Positions 55,192-64,000 of a stretch of DNA of 64,000 bases are shown here, piece by piece. This stretch comes from an uncultured Desulfatiglans sp. GTDB lineage: Bacteria > Desulfobacterota > DSM-4660 > Desulfatiglandales > HGW-15. The notes beneath the pieces are model-generated. The model was not told the DNA's origin and ran no database searches. It saw only the letters and a list, made by a program, of their open reading frames with translations. The stretch is from contig CAYWRH010000006.1 of the NCBI GenBank assembly GCA_964460435.1, positions 192-64,191 of the forward strand, given 5' to 3'. Position 1 is the first letter of the stretch. Every line of letters starts with the position of its first letter. The translations under genes and the position numbers were made by a program.

Positions 55192-58100
55192 ATGCTTTAC
55201 TTAGTCAGAAAATATATATTTATTATTGTAATACTTACTTTTGCTTTTATCCCCGCTTCAGACCTCTATTCCACGCCGTCAGAAAAGCTTAAATTCACAC
55301 ATATCGAAACAGATGAAGGGCTGCCACTCACAACGGTCACCTCGATTCTTCAGGACAATAAGGGATTCATGTGGTTTGGAACATATGACGGGTTGCACAG
55401 GTATGACGGCTATGATTTCACTGTATACCGGCACGATCCAAAAGACCCATCATCTTTGATATCTAATCAGATAAAATCCATCTATGAGGATGATAAAGGG
55501 AATTTATGGATCACCACCTTTTCAGGGGTTTCAAGGTATGACCGGGATGCAGACAGGTTTATAAATTATAACACCGGGAACGGTTTTAATCTTGAAAAAC
55601 TTGATACATGGAACATCTTTAAGGACAAAAAGGGTTATTTCTGGCTAAGCACAAATGATAACGGGCTTATCAGGTATGAAGAATCATTAAACAGGGCAAC
55701 AACATACAGCGCTGATCCGGATAGGAAGGGCGCCCTGAAAAGCAATATCATAAGGCAGGTGTATGAAGACAGCAGGGGGAATTTATGGGTCGCAACTGAG
55801 AATGGCGGGCTTTACATATATGACTACAAGAGAGATACATTCATACACTATGGCCATGATAAAAATAATCCCGGCAGCATCATTGGAAATTCCATCTATT
55901 CCATAATAGAGGATTCAAAGGGATACCTGTGGTTTGCCTGTTATGGCAGCGGCCTCTCATATATACATGTGGATCAAATTGAAAAGGGGATTTTTAAAAG
56001 TTTCACACATGAACCGGAAAGCATCAACACCCTCTCAAACAATAATATCCTTGCCCTCTGTGAAGGTAATAATGGCGGTATATGGATCGGCACTGAAAAC
56101 GGCGGTCTAGATTTTCTTCATAGTGATAGAAGCAGGTTTGATAATTACAGGAATAACCAGAACAATCCATTCAGCATAAACAGCAACTCTATCTATTCAA
56201 TTTTCAGGGACCGCACAGGGGATATCTGGATCGGAACATTCTCGGGCGGGATAAATACACTTCATTACAGTAAACAGGGTTTTATCCATTACAAAAACAT
56301 GCCCAATGGCCTGAGCAATAACTCTGTATGGGAATTCAGCGAGGACAAGGATGGTTTGATCTGGATTGCCACAGATGGTGGTGGATTGAACAGGTTCAAC
56401 CCTGACACAGAGGAATTTGAATGTTTCTATTCAGGAAATTCCAATCTAAAATCCGATGCGGTGCTTACAGTATATGTGGATTCGCAAAATAATGTATGGA
56501 CAGGCACCTGGAATGGCGGTGTAAATCTGTTTGACAGGGCAACAAATTCATTTAAAAGCTACACAACAGAAAACAGCGGATTACCAAACAACAATGTTTT
56601 TGATATCACAGAGGACAGGCTCGGGAACCTCTGGTTTGCGAGCCAGGGAGGGATCAGCAGATTTAATAAAAATGATAGATCCTTTAAGAATTATAATATT
56701 CAAAACAGCAAACTCATTGATAATTTTGTGGAGGTCATACAGCTTTCCAAAGATGGCAGCCTGCTTCTCGGCACAACCAAGGGATTTGTTATATTTAATC
56801 CTGTAACCGGGGTATTTAAGGGCTATGAGAAGGATGAGAAAAATAATATAGGCCTTTCGCACAATTACATAACTGATATTTATGAGGATGATGAAGAGAT
56901 CATATGGATAGCAACAAGATATGGCCTGAATAAATTTAATAAAAAGGGAGAGACCTTCGAGGTGTTTACCAGGGAAAGCGGTCTTCCCAATGACCTGGTT
57001 TACGGCATTCTCAAGGATACGGAGGGTTTTTTATGGATCAGCACCAACGGCGGTCTTTCCAGGATGAACCCTGAAACAAGGGAATTCAAAAACTATACAA
57101 AGGTAGATGGAATACAGAGCAATATTTTCATAAAAAAATCCCGTTTCCGCTCGAAAAAAGGAAGGCTATATTTCGGCGGTGTTAACGGGTTCAATGAGTT
57201 TGACCAGCTTAACATCATAGATAATAAATATATACCTCCAATCGTAATCACCGATTTCCAGATATTTAATGAAAAAATGAGGCCGGGCGCAAAGGATTCG
57301 CCTTTATCAAAACATATCAGTCAGACAGAGAGCATAGTCTTATCCTATAAAAATTCAGTTATCTCATTCGGGTTTTCCGCATTGAACTATGTCTCACCAG
57401 ATAATAACCAGTATGCCTATATGATGGAAGGTTTTGACAAGGGCTGGAACAATATTGGCACCAGGCGCTCAGCAACATATACCAACCTTAACCCGGGGGA
57501 ATATGTTTTCCGGGTTAAAGGGTCAAATAACAACAACCTGTGGAATGAGGAAGGCGCGCGCCTCAAAATAGTAATAACACCGCCGATATGGAAAACCCTG
57601 TGGTTCAGGATTTCAGCATCATTATTGCTGCTATTTACTGTACTTGGATTATACTATCTGAGAACCCGCACAATACGTGAACACAACAGATTTCTTGAAG
57701 CTGCAATACAGAAAAGGACAAGGGAACTCGCTGATGAAAGAAACCTTTTAAGGACACTGATAGATATAATTCCTGACCAGATATATATCAAGGACAGGTT
57801 CTCGCGGTTTATCCTCAATAATAAGGCGCATCTTCACGCCCTTGGCGCAAAAAGACAGGAGGATGTCCTGGGTAAAACAGACCTTAACATCTTCCCCATC
57901 AAACACTCAAAGGTATATTATGAAGATGAGCAGAGGATAATGAAGACAGGTATGCCTCAAAAAGACAAGGAGGAGTTGCTTGTCAATCAGTCAGATGGCA
58001 TGGAATACTGGGTTACTTCAACCAAGGTGCGCTTTGAGGACAGTGACGGAGAGGTAAAAGGTATTGTTGGCATAAGCCATGATATTACGGGGCGGAAAAA

Positions 58101-59703
58101 GTTCGAGGAGGAGCTGAAGGCTGCAAAAATCGCAGCAGAAGAGGCAAGCAAGGCAAAAAGCGAGTTTCTTGCAAATATGAGTCATGAGATACGAACGCCA
58201 ATGAATGGCATTATAGGCATGACAGAGCTTGCCCTCGGAACAGACCTTAACAGGCAGCAGACAGAATATCTGAATATAGTTAAGCAGTCCGCAGTATCCC
58301 TGCTTGACCTGTTAAATGATATCCTTGATTTCTCCAAGATAGAGGCCGGAAAACTTGAGCTTGAAAACATAAACTTCGATCTCAGGAACATACTTGAGAC
58401 CGTTACATCCACAATGGCATTACAGGCATCTTCAAAGAAGATCGAACTGATCTGCAACCTTAATAACAGCCTGCCCACAGCCCTTAAGGGCGACCCCAAC
58501 AGGCTCAGGCAGATTATAGTAAACCTTGTGGGTAACGCCATCAAATTCACGGAAAAGGGAGAGGTTGTTATTGGCGCTGAGGCGGATGAAACCTTGTGCA
58601 GCAGTGATCATATCCGCATACATTTTTCTGTAAAGGATACAGGTATTGGCATACCCCAGGAAAAACTTGATAAGATATTTGAAAGCTTTTCACAGGTCGA
58701 CACCTCCACTACAAGAAAATATGGCGGGACCGGTCTGGGGCTTGCGATATCGAAAAAACTTACTGAGTTGATGAAGGGCAATATCTGGGTAGAAAGCGCC
58801 CCGGGGAAAGGAAGCACATTCCATTTTATTGCGGAATTTGAGAAGGGCACGCCTGTTGAGTATGGCATCCCGTCAGATCTCGCCGATGAAACTGGTGTCA
58901 GGCATATACTGATTGTTGATGACAACAGCACTAACTGTCTGATTCTTAAAAACACACTGGAACCATTTGGATTCTCATGCACAGTATCTAACAGCGGTAA
59001 GGAAGGACTTGAAAAACTTGATCAGTCTATCCGGGAAGATTTTCCCTGTTCACTGATACTGCTTGATTTCCATATGCCGGAAATGGACGGGTTTGAATTT
59101 GCAGAAAGGGTTCGGTCTGACAGCAGGTTTGACAGCATAAAGATAATCATGATGAGTTCCATAACGGAAAACAGCAGCCTTAATAAGCGGAACCACAGTG
59201 TAATTAACAGTTATCTTAAAAAACCTGTACTACAGAGAGACCTTTTACAGACAATACTCCATACATTTAAAGCAATGCCTGAAAAAGACAAGTCTGCCAA
59301 GACGGAATATGAAGCAATTCAGGGGTGTAAACTTAAGATACTTCTTGCAGAAGACAACATAGTAAATCAGAAGGTGGCCACCAGCCTTCTAATCAAGAAA
59401 TGGGGGCATGAGGTTACCATTGCCAATAACGGGATAGAAGCGGTTAGTGCGCTTGAGCAAAATGATTATGATATTGTGCTTATGGATATCCAGATGCCTG
59501 ATATGGACGGCATGGAGGCAACAAGACTGATTCGTGAATCAAATGCACGCGAGAAAAATAAGACAATACCTATAATAGCCATGACTGCGCATGCGATGAA
59601 GGGCGATAAAGAGAAGTTCCTTGATGCAGGCATGAATGACTATATCTCCAAACCCATTAACGTGGACGAATTCATGTCCATAATAAAAAAATACTCATTA
59701 TGA
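55192..59703 (+). CDS. hybrid sensor histidine kinase: two-component-regulator beta-propeller repeats + YYY domain + TM + PAS + HisKA/HATPase + two receiver domains
   Basis: 1503 aa. Many repeats of the type GxxWxGTxxGGLxxy. TM helix (LWFRISASLLLLFTVLGLYYL), H-box SHEIRTPMNGI, G-boxes (DTGIGI, GGTGLGLAISK) and two DD...D...K receiver domains. Confidence 0.9.
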   Translation: MLYLVRKYIFIIVILTFAFIPASDLYSTPSEKLKFTHIETDEGLPLTTVTSILQDNKGFMWFGTYDGLHRYDGYDFTVYRHDPKDPSSLISNQIKSIYEDDKGNLWITTFSGVSRYDRDADRFINYNTGNGFNLEKLDTWNIFKDKKGYFWLSTNDNGLIRYEESLNRATTYSADPDRKGALKSNIIRQVYEDSRGNLWVATENGGLYIYDYKRDTFIHYGHDKNNPGSIIGNSIYSIIEDSKGYLWFACYGSGLSYIHVDQIEKGIFKSFTHEPESINTLSNNNILALCEGNNGGIWIGTENGGLDFLHSDRSRFDNYRNNQNNPFSINSNSIYSIFRDRTGDIWIGTFSGGINTLHYSKQGFIHYKNMPNGLSNNSVWEFSEDKDGLIWIATDGGGLNRFNPDTEEFECFYSGNSNLKSDAVLTVYVDSQNNVWTGTWNGGVNLFDRATNSFKSYTTENSGLPNNNVFDITEDRLGNLWFASQGGISRFNKNDRSFKNYNIQNSKLIDNFVEVIQLSKDGSLLLGTTKGFVIFNPVTGVFKGYEKDEKNNIGLSHNYITDIYEDDEEIIWIATRYGLNKFNKKGETFEVFTRESGLPNDLVYGILKDTEGFLWISTNGGLSRMNPETREFKNYTKVDGIQSNIFIKKSRFRSKKGRLYFGGVNGFNEFDQLNIIDNKYIPPIVITDFQIFNEKMRPGAKDSPLSKHISQTESIVLSYKNSVISFGFSALNYVSPDNNQYAYMMEGFDKGWNNIGTRRSATYTNLNPGEYVFRVKGSNNNNLWNEEGARLKIVITPPIWKTLWFRISASLLLLFTVLGLYYLRTRTIREHNRFLEAAIQKRTRELADERNLLRTLIDIIPDQIYIKDRFSRFILNNKAHLHALGAKRQEDVLGKTDLNIFPIKHSKVYYEDEQRIMKTGMPQKDKEELLVNQSDGMEYWVTSTKVRFEDSDGEVKGIVGISHDITGRKKFEEELKAAKIAAEEASKAKSEFLANMSHEIRTPMNGIIGMTELALGTDLNRQQTEYLNIVKQSAVSLLDLLNDILDFSKIEAGKLELENINFDLRNILETVTSTMALQASSKKIELICNLNNSLPTALKGDPNRLRQIIVNLVGNAIKFTEKGEVVIGAEADETLCSSDHIRIHFSVKDTGIGIPQEKLDKIFESFSQVDTSTTRKYGGTGLGLAISKKLTELMKGNIWVESAPGKGSTFHFIAEFEKGTPVEYGIPSDLADETGVRHILIVDDNSTNCLILKNTLEPFGFSCTVSNSGKEGLEKLDQSIREDFPCSLILLDFHMPEMDGFEFAERVRSDSRFDSIKIIMMSSITENSSLNKRNHSVINSYLKKPVLQRDLLQTILHTFKAMPEKDKSAKTEYEAIQGCKLKILLAEDNIVNQKVATSLLIKKWGHEVTIANNGIEAVSALEQNDYDIVLMDIQMPDMDGMEATRLIRESNAREKNKTIPIIAMTAHAMKGDKEKFLDAGMNDYISKPINVDEFMSIIKKYSL

Positions 59704-59799
59704 GTGAAAGTAATTGAGATGAAAGAAAGACGGTTCTATATCTAAATTTCATAAGCCTTTTTCTACTGTCTTCAAACCATGAGCTTTAGCGAAGGCATG

Positions 59800-60193
59800 A
59801 TCTGTAATCCATTTGTAAGCATCTGCCATTCACATGAAGTTTTCGGTGCGGATGTGTCAGGGAATCCACCTTTCAGGTATTTTTAATGACCAGGAATTTG
59901 ATGCAGAAAGCAATCTTTACAATTACAACGCAAGGCTTTATGATCCATTCATTGGCAGGTTTATTTCACCGGATACGATAGTGCCAGAAACGGAGCGATT
60001 AAAAGAGTCAGACAATTACGCATACAGATACAAAATGAACTCAGAGATTCCGGTTCATCCGCTGGCTCTTTCTTTTTTAAAGAACCTGAACTTAAAAGGT
60101 TATCGTCAAATGCAAAAACCTAACCGGACAGTGCTGAATGTCACTCATAGTTGGCTTACATTAAAGATAAAGATGAGTCATCAAAAGACTTAA
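59800..60193 (+). pseudogene. orphan, frameshifted RHS/YD-repeat core C-terminal fragment
   Basis: One frame reads ...HEVFGADVSGNPPFRYF*. After a frame shift in the T5 run at 59880-59884 it continues NDQEFDAESNLYNYNARLYDPFIGRFISPDT. Together these give the RHS-core terminal signature NPxRF.GQ..D.E..LY...AR.YDP..GRF.S.D. No RHS body lies upstream. Confidence 0.65.
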
Positions 60194-60394
60194 TGCCCCC
60201 TTTTCAGAGTTTCTTACTTTCTTATGGTCCCCATCGTTGTCCCCTGATTCGGGCAGACGCGAGGCGCCCCTACAGATTTTATGACATGCCTTACGTCCAC
60301 CCGAATCAAGGGATGTTTACCCGCCATATTCTGGCGGGTATTGTCTCTACAGTCTAAGAAAATTAGCCCGGATTAGCTGATGATCTATCAGATA

Positions 60395-63300
60395 TTAATC
60401 TCCTAAAAGCAGGGGCAGCCACGGCATTGCCCTGGATGGATATGAATTTTCATCCTGAGGATCTGTGCCCCTTCTGTATTCCGTTATGTTTTTAAAACCA
60501 TCTCCATCTGCATCTTCATTTGCGTCATGAATAAGGGGATTCAATTCATTTGTTATTTCCCAGCCATCAGACATGCCATCATCATCCGTATCAGAATCAG
60601 CAGGATCAGTCTCTCCAGTATTTAAACTACCATTATGATTTATATCCTCTTCACCATCAAGTAAGCCATCATCATCTGTATCTGAATCCAATGGATTGGT
60701 AGTTTTCGAACCGCTATCAGCATCAGTGATAAATGTCCCTCCTGTATCAGCATGGCCGGTTGTGATGCCTGATTCTGTTCCATCCTGTATGCCGTCATTA
60801 TCTGTATCAGAATCGCATGGATCTGTTTCTCCTGCATCAACAACCCCGTTATGATTTTTATCTTCATCACCATCGATAATACCGTCATCGTCAGTATCCG
60901 CATCACCGGTGTATGTACAATATTTGTCTTCGAGGATATCAGGTAATCCGTCACCATCTGAATCAGGAGAATCGATGACATCAAATGTGTTGCTTATACC
61001 TGTATGACCGCGGCCATCATCAGCGCGGAGGAAAACATCGGCCCCCGTTTCGAGAACTGTTATGTTCCCTGACCATACACCATTGGCGAAATTAGTTACA
61101 ATTTCTGGGGATATATTAACAGGTGCGCTATCTTTGTCGGTAAACATTATCTCATCCCACCAAGCTTGTGAGGAAGTATAATTATATAGATATAGCACCG
61201 AAAGTTTATCCACATTTGGACCACGGAAAGGAATATTACTTTCAATTAAACTATCATCAACATAATATTCAAAGGTTCTTGCATTCCAATTAAAGATAAA
61301 AGAAATTTTGTACCATTGATTTGCATTATATACCGGGAATAGAGTAGCATTAATAACTTGCATAGTACCATTATGTCCCAAATAGAAAAAAACTGCCTGA
61401 TCAGCAGCATCAGATCCCTTTCCTACTACAAAATATGCAACATCCGAGGTAGTGTTACTGGATCTAACATAAAAATCGACCCTGTCTGGAGTTGAATTGG
61501 GAAGTGTGTGTGATACGCCCTCATAAGGTATGCTGGAACCTATTATAGTAAAGCTGTAATTTCCGATAGCCGCAGTCTGATTTGTTACCTGACGTGTGCA
61601 TGACCACCAACCTGATGACCAGCCGTTAAAATCACCATCTTCGAAATTATCTGAAAATACATCTAAATATCCGGAACTTGCCCATCCGCTGACAGTCACT
61701 GAATCATTGAAATCACTTAGAATATTCCCAAAATTATTTCTAGCCTTCAGGGTTACTCCAAAGGAACTGTTAATGACCTGCGATGGCGATATCGGTTCCC
61801 ATGTGAAATGATCTACCAGGAAAGGTTGTATCTCTTGTAAAGCATTAAACAGATTCAGCCTGCCTCCAGTAACACATTTACCATTCAGCCCCGGTAAAGG
61901 ATCAACATTTTCCATAATGAGATTCTTTAGATCCAATACACTGAGATCACTCTTGGCGGCCTTTAAAACAGCTGCCGCACCGGATACATATGGTGCAGCA
62001 AAGGAGGTCCCATCCTGAAACGAATAAATGAGAGCGACAGTGCTGGCAGCTGAAACATCGACATCATCAATGTAAAAACCATCATAATTTATAGAACCAT
62101 CACTTACAAACCGAAAACGTATATATACGGAGCTTGAACCTTCAAAATTCTTCAAATCCATATAATACCTGGTCATTTCCTCTATATCCCCGTTTATTGG
62201 CTTGGTGCAGTCAAACCAGGATATGCCATCGGAAGATGCCTGAACATATAAAAAGTCATAACCTATTTGAGAGGTTCCCTTAAATAGAAAAGAAAGTTTA
62301 ACGCCTGTACGGGATGAAAGATCAAATGGAGGGCTCGTCACCCAGAAATCACTATTATCCGAATAATTTCCTGCCGGGCTTTCAGCTAAATAATAGACTG
62401 AAGGGTTCAAAGTTGATTGTATGGTTCCCCACGTATTATTAAGACCCCCGAATGTCCAGTTGCTTATATCACCATCATCAAAATTATCCGACCAGACTGT
62501 ATCCGAACTAGGCATAGGACTGTATATATTTGCCCCAGGCGCCCCGATATCTACTGAAGCACTGCCATAATTGGAAAATGATGCAAGGTTATCATTCTGA
62601 TCGGTTGCAGCTACAGATATGATATTGGGCAAATCATAACTGGCGGGATAAACAGGTGTTGAATCATTATTATCGCCAATATCATCCTCACCGCCATTGC
62701 CAGCGGCACAAACAAACAGAATAGAAGGATAGGCTTCGATTTTTTCTTTTTCTGTCTGACTAAAATTTTCTCCACCAAAACTAAGATTGATAATGTCGGC
62801 GCCATTATCGCTTGCGTATTCAATCGCCTCTAATTCGTAACTCTCCCATATTTTTCCATCAGCTCTCACAACCTTCAATGCCATTAAACTTGTTGTCCAG
62901 GCTACACCTGGAATCCCACGACTGTTATTACCCTTAGCTGCAATTATACCTGCTACGCGAGTACCATGACCATGGTTATCTAAGGGGTAATTATCATTAT
63001 CCCCGAAATCCCAGCCATGTACATCATCAACCTTTAAATTTTCATCATCATCAATACCATTTCCCTCAATTTCTCCATGGTTTGTCCATATGTTGGGAGA
63101 AATATCGTCATAGTAATAATCGATACCGGTGTCAATAACCGCCACAACCACATCAGCGCTTCCGGTTGAGATATCCCATGCCTCAGGAGCATCAATATCA
63201 GCATCTACAGTACCGGTTTTATTGTTGATCGTCTGTCCATAGTTATTCAACCCCCAATCGTACGTATAACGGGGGTCATTAGGCGCCATGAACAAGTGCC

Positions 63301-63631
63301 GTAAGTAATTGGGTTCTGCATATTCTACATTTGGATCTTTTCTGTATATTTCCAATGCCTGCTGGACATCCATATCTTTTGGAATTTTTATGAGTCTGGT
63401 ATCGATTTTTTTATAGGTTTTGATTTTGGTAAAGCCTGATTTTTCACGAAAGGTCTCTTTTTTTGCCTCTTTATAAGAAGACTTGTATTTTACGAATATT
63501 TCATCCTTTTTATAGTTTTCTTCATGGGACTTTTTAATGGGTTTTATTTTTTTTGGCTCATTGCCATTAGACAGCAATGGGAAGAGAAGAACACACAATA
63601 AAACAGCATAGATCCATTTTGTTTTTATCAT
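60395..63631 (-). CDS. secreted subtilisin-family (S8) serine protease with a large middle region and C-terminal thrombospondin type-3 calcium-binding repeats
   Basis: Catalytic triad contexts VIDTGIDY, HGHGTRVAGI and GTSFAAPYVSG. Six or more Asp-rich repeats (DSDGDGLPD, DTDDDGIIDGDED, DSDTDNDGIQDG and others). The signal peptide starts at the ATG at 63631 (MIKTKWIYAVLLCVLLF); the ORF opens at 63727. Confidence 0.88.
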   Translation of the reverse strand: MIKTKWIYAVLLCVLLFPLLSNGNEPKKIKPIKKSHEENYKKDEIFVKYKSSYKEAKKETFREKSGFTKIKTYKKIDTRLIKIPKDMDVQQALEIYRKDPNVEYAEPNYLRHLFMAPNDPRYTYDWGLNNYGQTINNKTGTVDADIDAPEAWDISTGSADVVVAVIDTGIDYYYDDISPNIWTNHGEIEGNGIDDDENLKVDDVHGWDFGDNDNYPLDNHGHGTRVAGIIAAKGNNSRGIPGVAWTTSLMALKVVRADGKIWESYELEAIEYASDNGADIINLSFGGENFSQTEKEKIEAYPSILFVCAAGNGGEDDIGDNNDSTPVYPASYDLPNIISVAATDQNDNLASFSNYGSASVDIGAPGANIYSPMPSSDTVWSDNFDDGDISNWTFGGLNNTWGTIQSTLNPSVYYLAESPAGNYSDNSDFWVTSPPFDLSSRTGVKLSFLFKGTSQIGYDFLYVQASSDGISWFDCTKPINGDIEEMTRYYMDLKNFEGSSSVYIRFRFVSDGSINYDGFYIDDVDVSAASTVALIYSFQDGTSFAAPYVSGAAAVLKAAKSDLSVLDLKNLIMENVDPLPGLNGKCVTGGRLNLFNALQEIQPFLVDHFTWEPISPSQVINSSFGVTLKARNNFGNILSDFNDSVTVSGWASSGYLDVFSDNFEDGDFNGWSSGWWSCTRQVTNQTAAIGNYSFTIIGSSIPYEGVSHTLPNSTPDRVDFYVRSSNTTSDVAYFVVGKGSDAADQAVFFYLGHNGTMQVINATLFPVYNANQWYKISFIFNWNARTFEYYVDDSLIESNIPFRGPNVDKLSVLYLYNYTSSQAWWDEIMFTDKDSAPVNISPEIVTNFANGVWSGNITVLETGADVFLRADDGRGHTGISNTFDVIDSPDSDGDGLPDILEDKYCTYTGDADTDDDGIIDGDEDKNHNGVVDAGETDPCDSDTDNDGIQDGTESGITTGHADTGGTFITDADSGSKTTNPLDSDTDDDGLLDGEEDINHNGSLNTGETDPADSDTDDDGMSDGWEITNELNPLIHDANEDADGDGFKNITEYRRGTDPQDENSYPSRAMPWLPLLLGD

Positions 63632-64000
63632 AAGTTTCGCCTCATTATTGCTTTTTATATACCAGAGATCAGGTTCATTGAATATTTTTTTCTTTTTCAG
63701 CACCTTACTTACAGTTTCTACTGGCAATTTTTAAGGTGATTTTTATCAGAAACAGGCCAGAGGCACTCAAGGTTTTTACTGCATCAATTTCATATTTATC
63801 CCGCGTATCCTTTTTTTGTCAAATATTTATTTGTGCTATATGTAATCGAATTTGTGCCTTAGAGTACTGAGCGCCAGACAGCCTGGATTTTCGCTGTGAC
63901 CAGGCATTAAGTAGTGTCCATCCAGAGACTATAACTAATTGAAATAAAAGTGAAAATTGTGCATTTTAAGGTGGACAAATCCGATAGTTTATTGTTATAA

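Noticed and set aside
60151-60357. 68-aa plus-strand ORF as an immunity gene for the RHS fragment
   Set aside because: It has no SD, its composition is odd, and it overlaps a region better explained as a minus-strand transposase scar with an inverted repeat.
60440-60990. DNA-level tandem repeats at the 3' end of the protease gene
   Set aside because: The periodicity is explained by the coding sequence, which consists of reiterated Asp-rich thrombospondin type-3 calcium-binding motifs. It is not a non-coding repeat.

Overview
The gene content and synteny suggest a chromosomal segment from a Desulfobacterota/deltaproteobacterium-like anaerobe; this is an inference, and no marker RNA is present. 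About 60 genes, mostly on the minus strand.

(1) 1-8.9 kb: a complete type I-C CRISPR-Cas operon, cas3-cas5-cas8c(+internal cas11c)-cas7-[four-helix-bundle ORF]-cas4-cas1-cas2. The 211 nt beyond cas2 contain no CRISPR repeats, so any array lies outside the window.

(2) 9-28.6 kb: two redox genes, then a housekeeping block: murJ, rpsT, holA, lptE, leuS, nusB, ribH-ribBA-ribE-ribD, nrdR, a dCMP deaminase, glyA, rpiB, fabF-acpP-fabG-plsX-rpmF-yceD.

(3) 28.8-31 kb: flgM with a small upstream gene, a sigma-28-type promoter and a sigma-54 enhancer-binding response regulator.

(4) 34-46.2 kb: a cobalamin salvage/uptake cluster: cobO, cobU, cobQ, tonB-exbD-exbB, btuD/C/F-like, a periplasmic-binding-protein::CbiZ fusion and btuB. 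It lies behind a clear cobalamin riboswitch and is punctuated by unusual heptamer-based repeats and a truncated RayT/IS200-like transposase.

(5) 46.3-64 kb: an accessory-looking region. It holds a stand-alone homocysteine-binding methyltransferase domain, a short ThyX-like protein, a CE15 esterase coupled to a CheY-like receiver, cardiolipin synthase, a TPP enzyme-methyltransferase-GH8 trio, a 1503-aa propeller/YYY hybrid histidine kinase, an orphan frameshifted RHS C-terminal fragment and a 1078-aa S8 protease with thrombospondin-type-3 repeats.

I do not see an unambiguous new multi-gene system. The best candidates for something undescribed are:
- the four-helix-bundle gene wired into the I-C adaptation module at a compositional seam
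- the exported PBP::CbiZ fusion
- the heptamer palindromes bracketing the TonB-ExbBD cassette, together with the RayT remnant
- the ThyX-like gene

All protein calls rest on motif recognition by eye, not on database searches.
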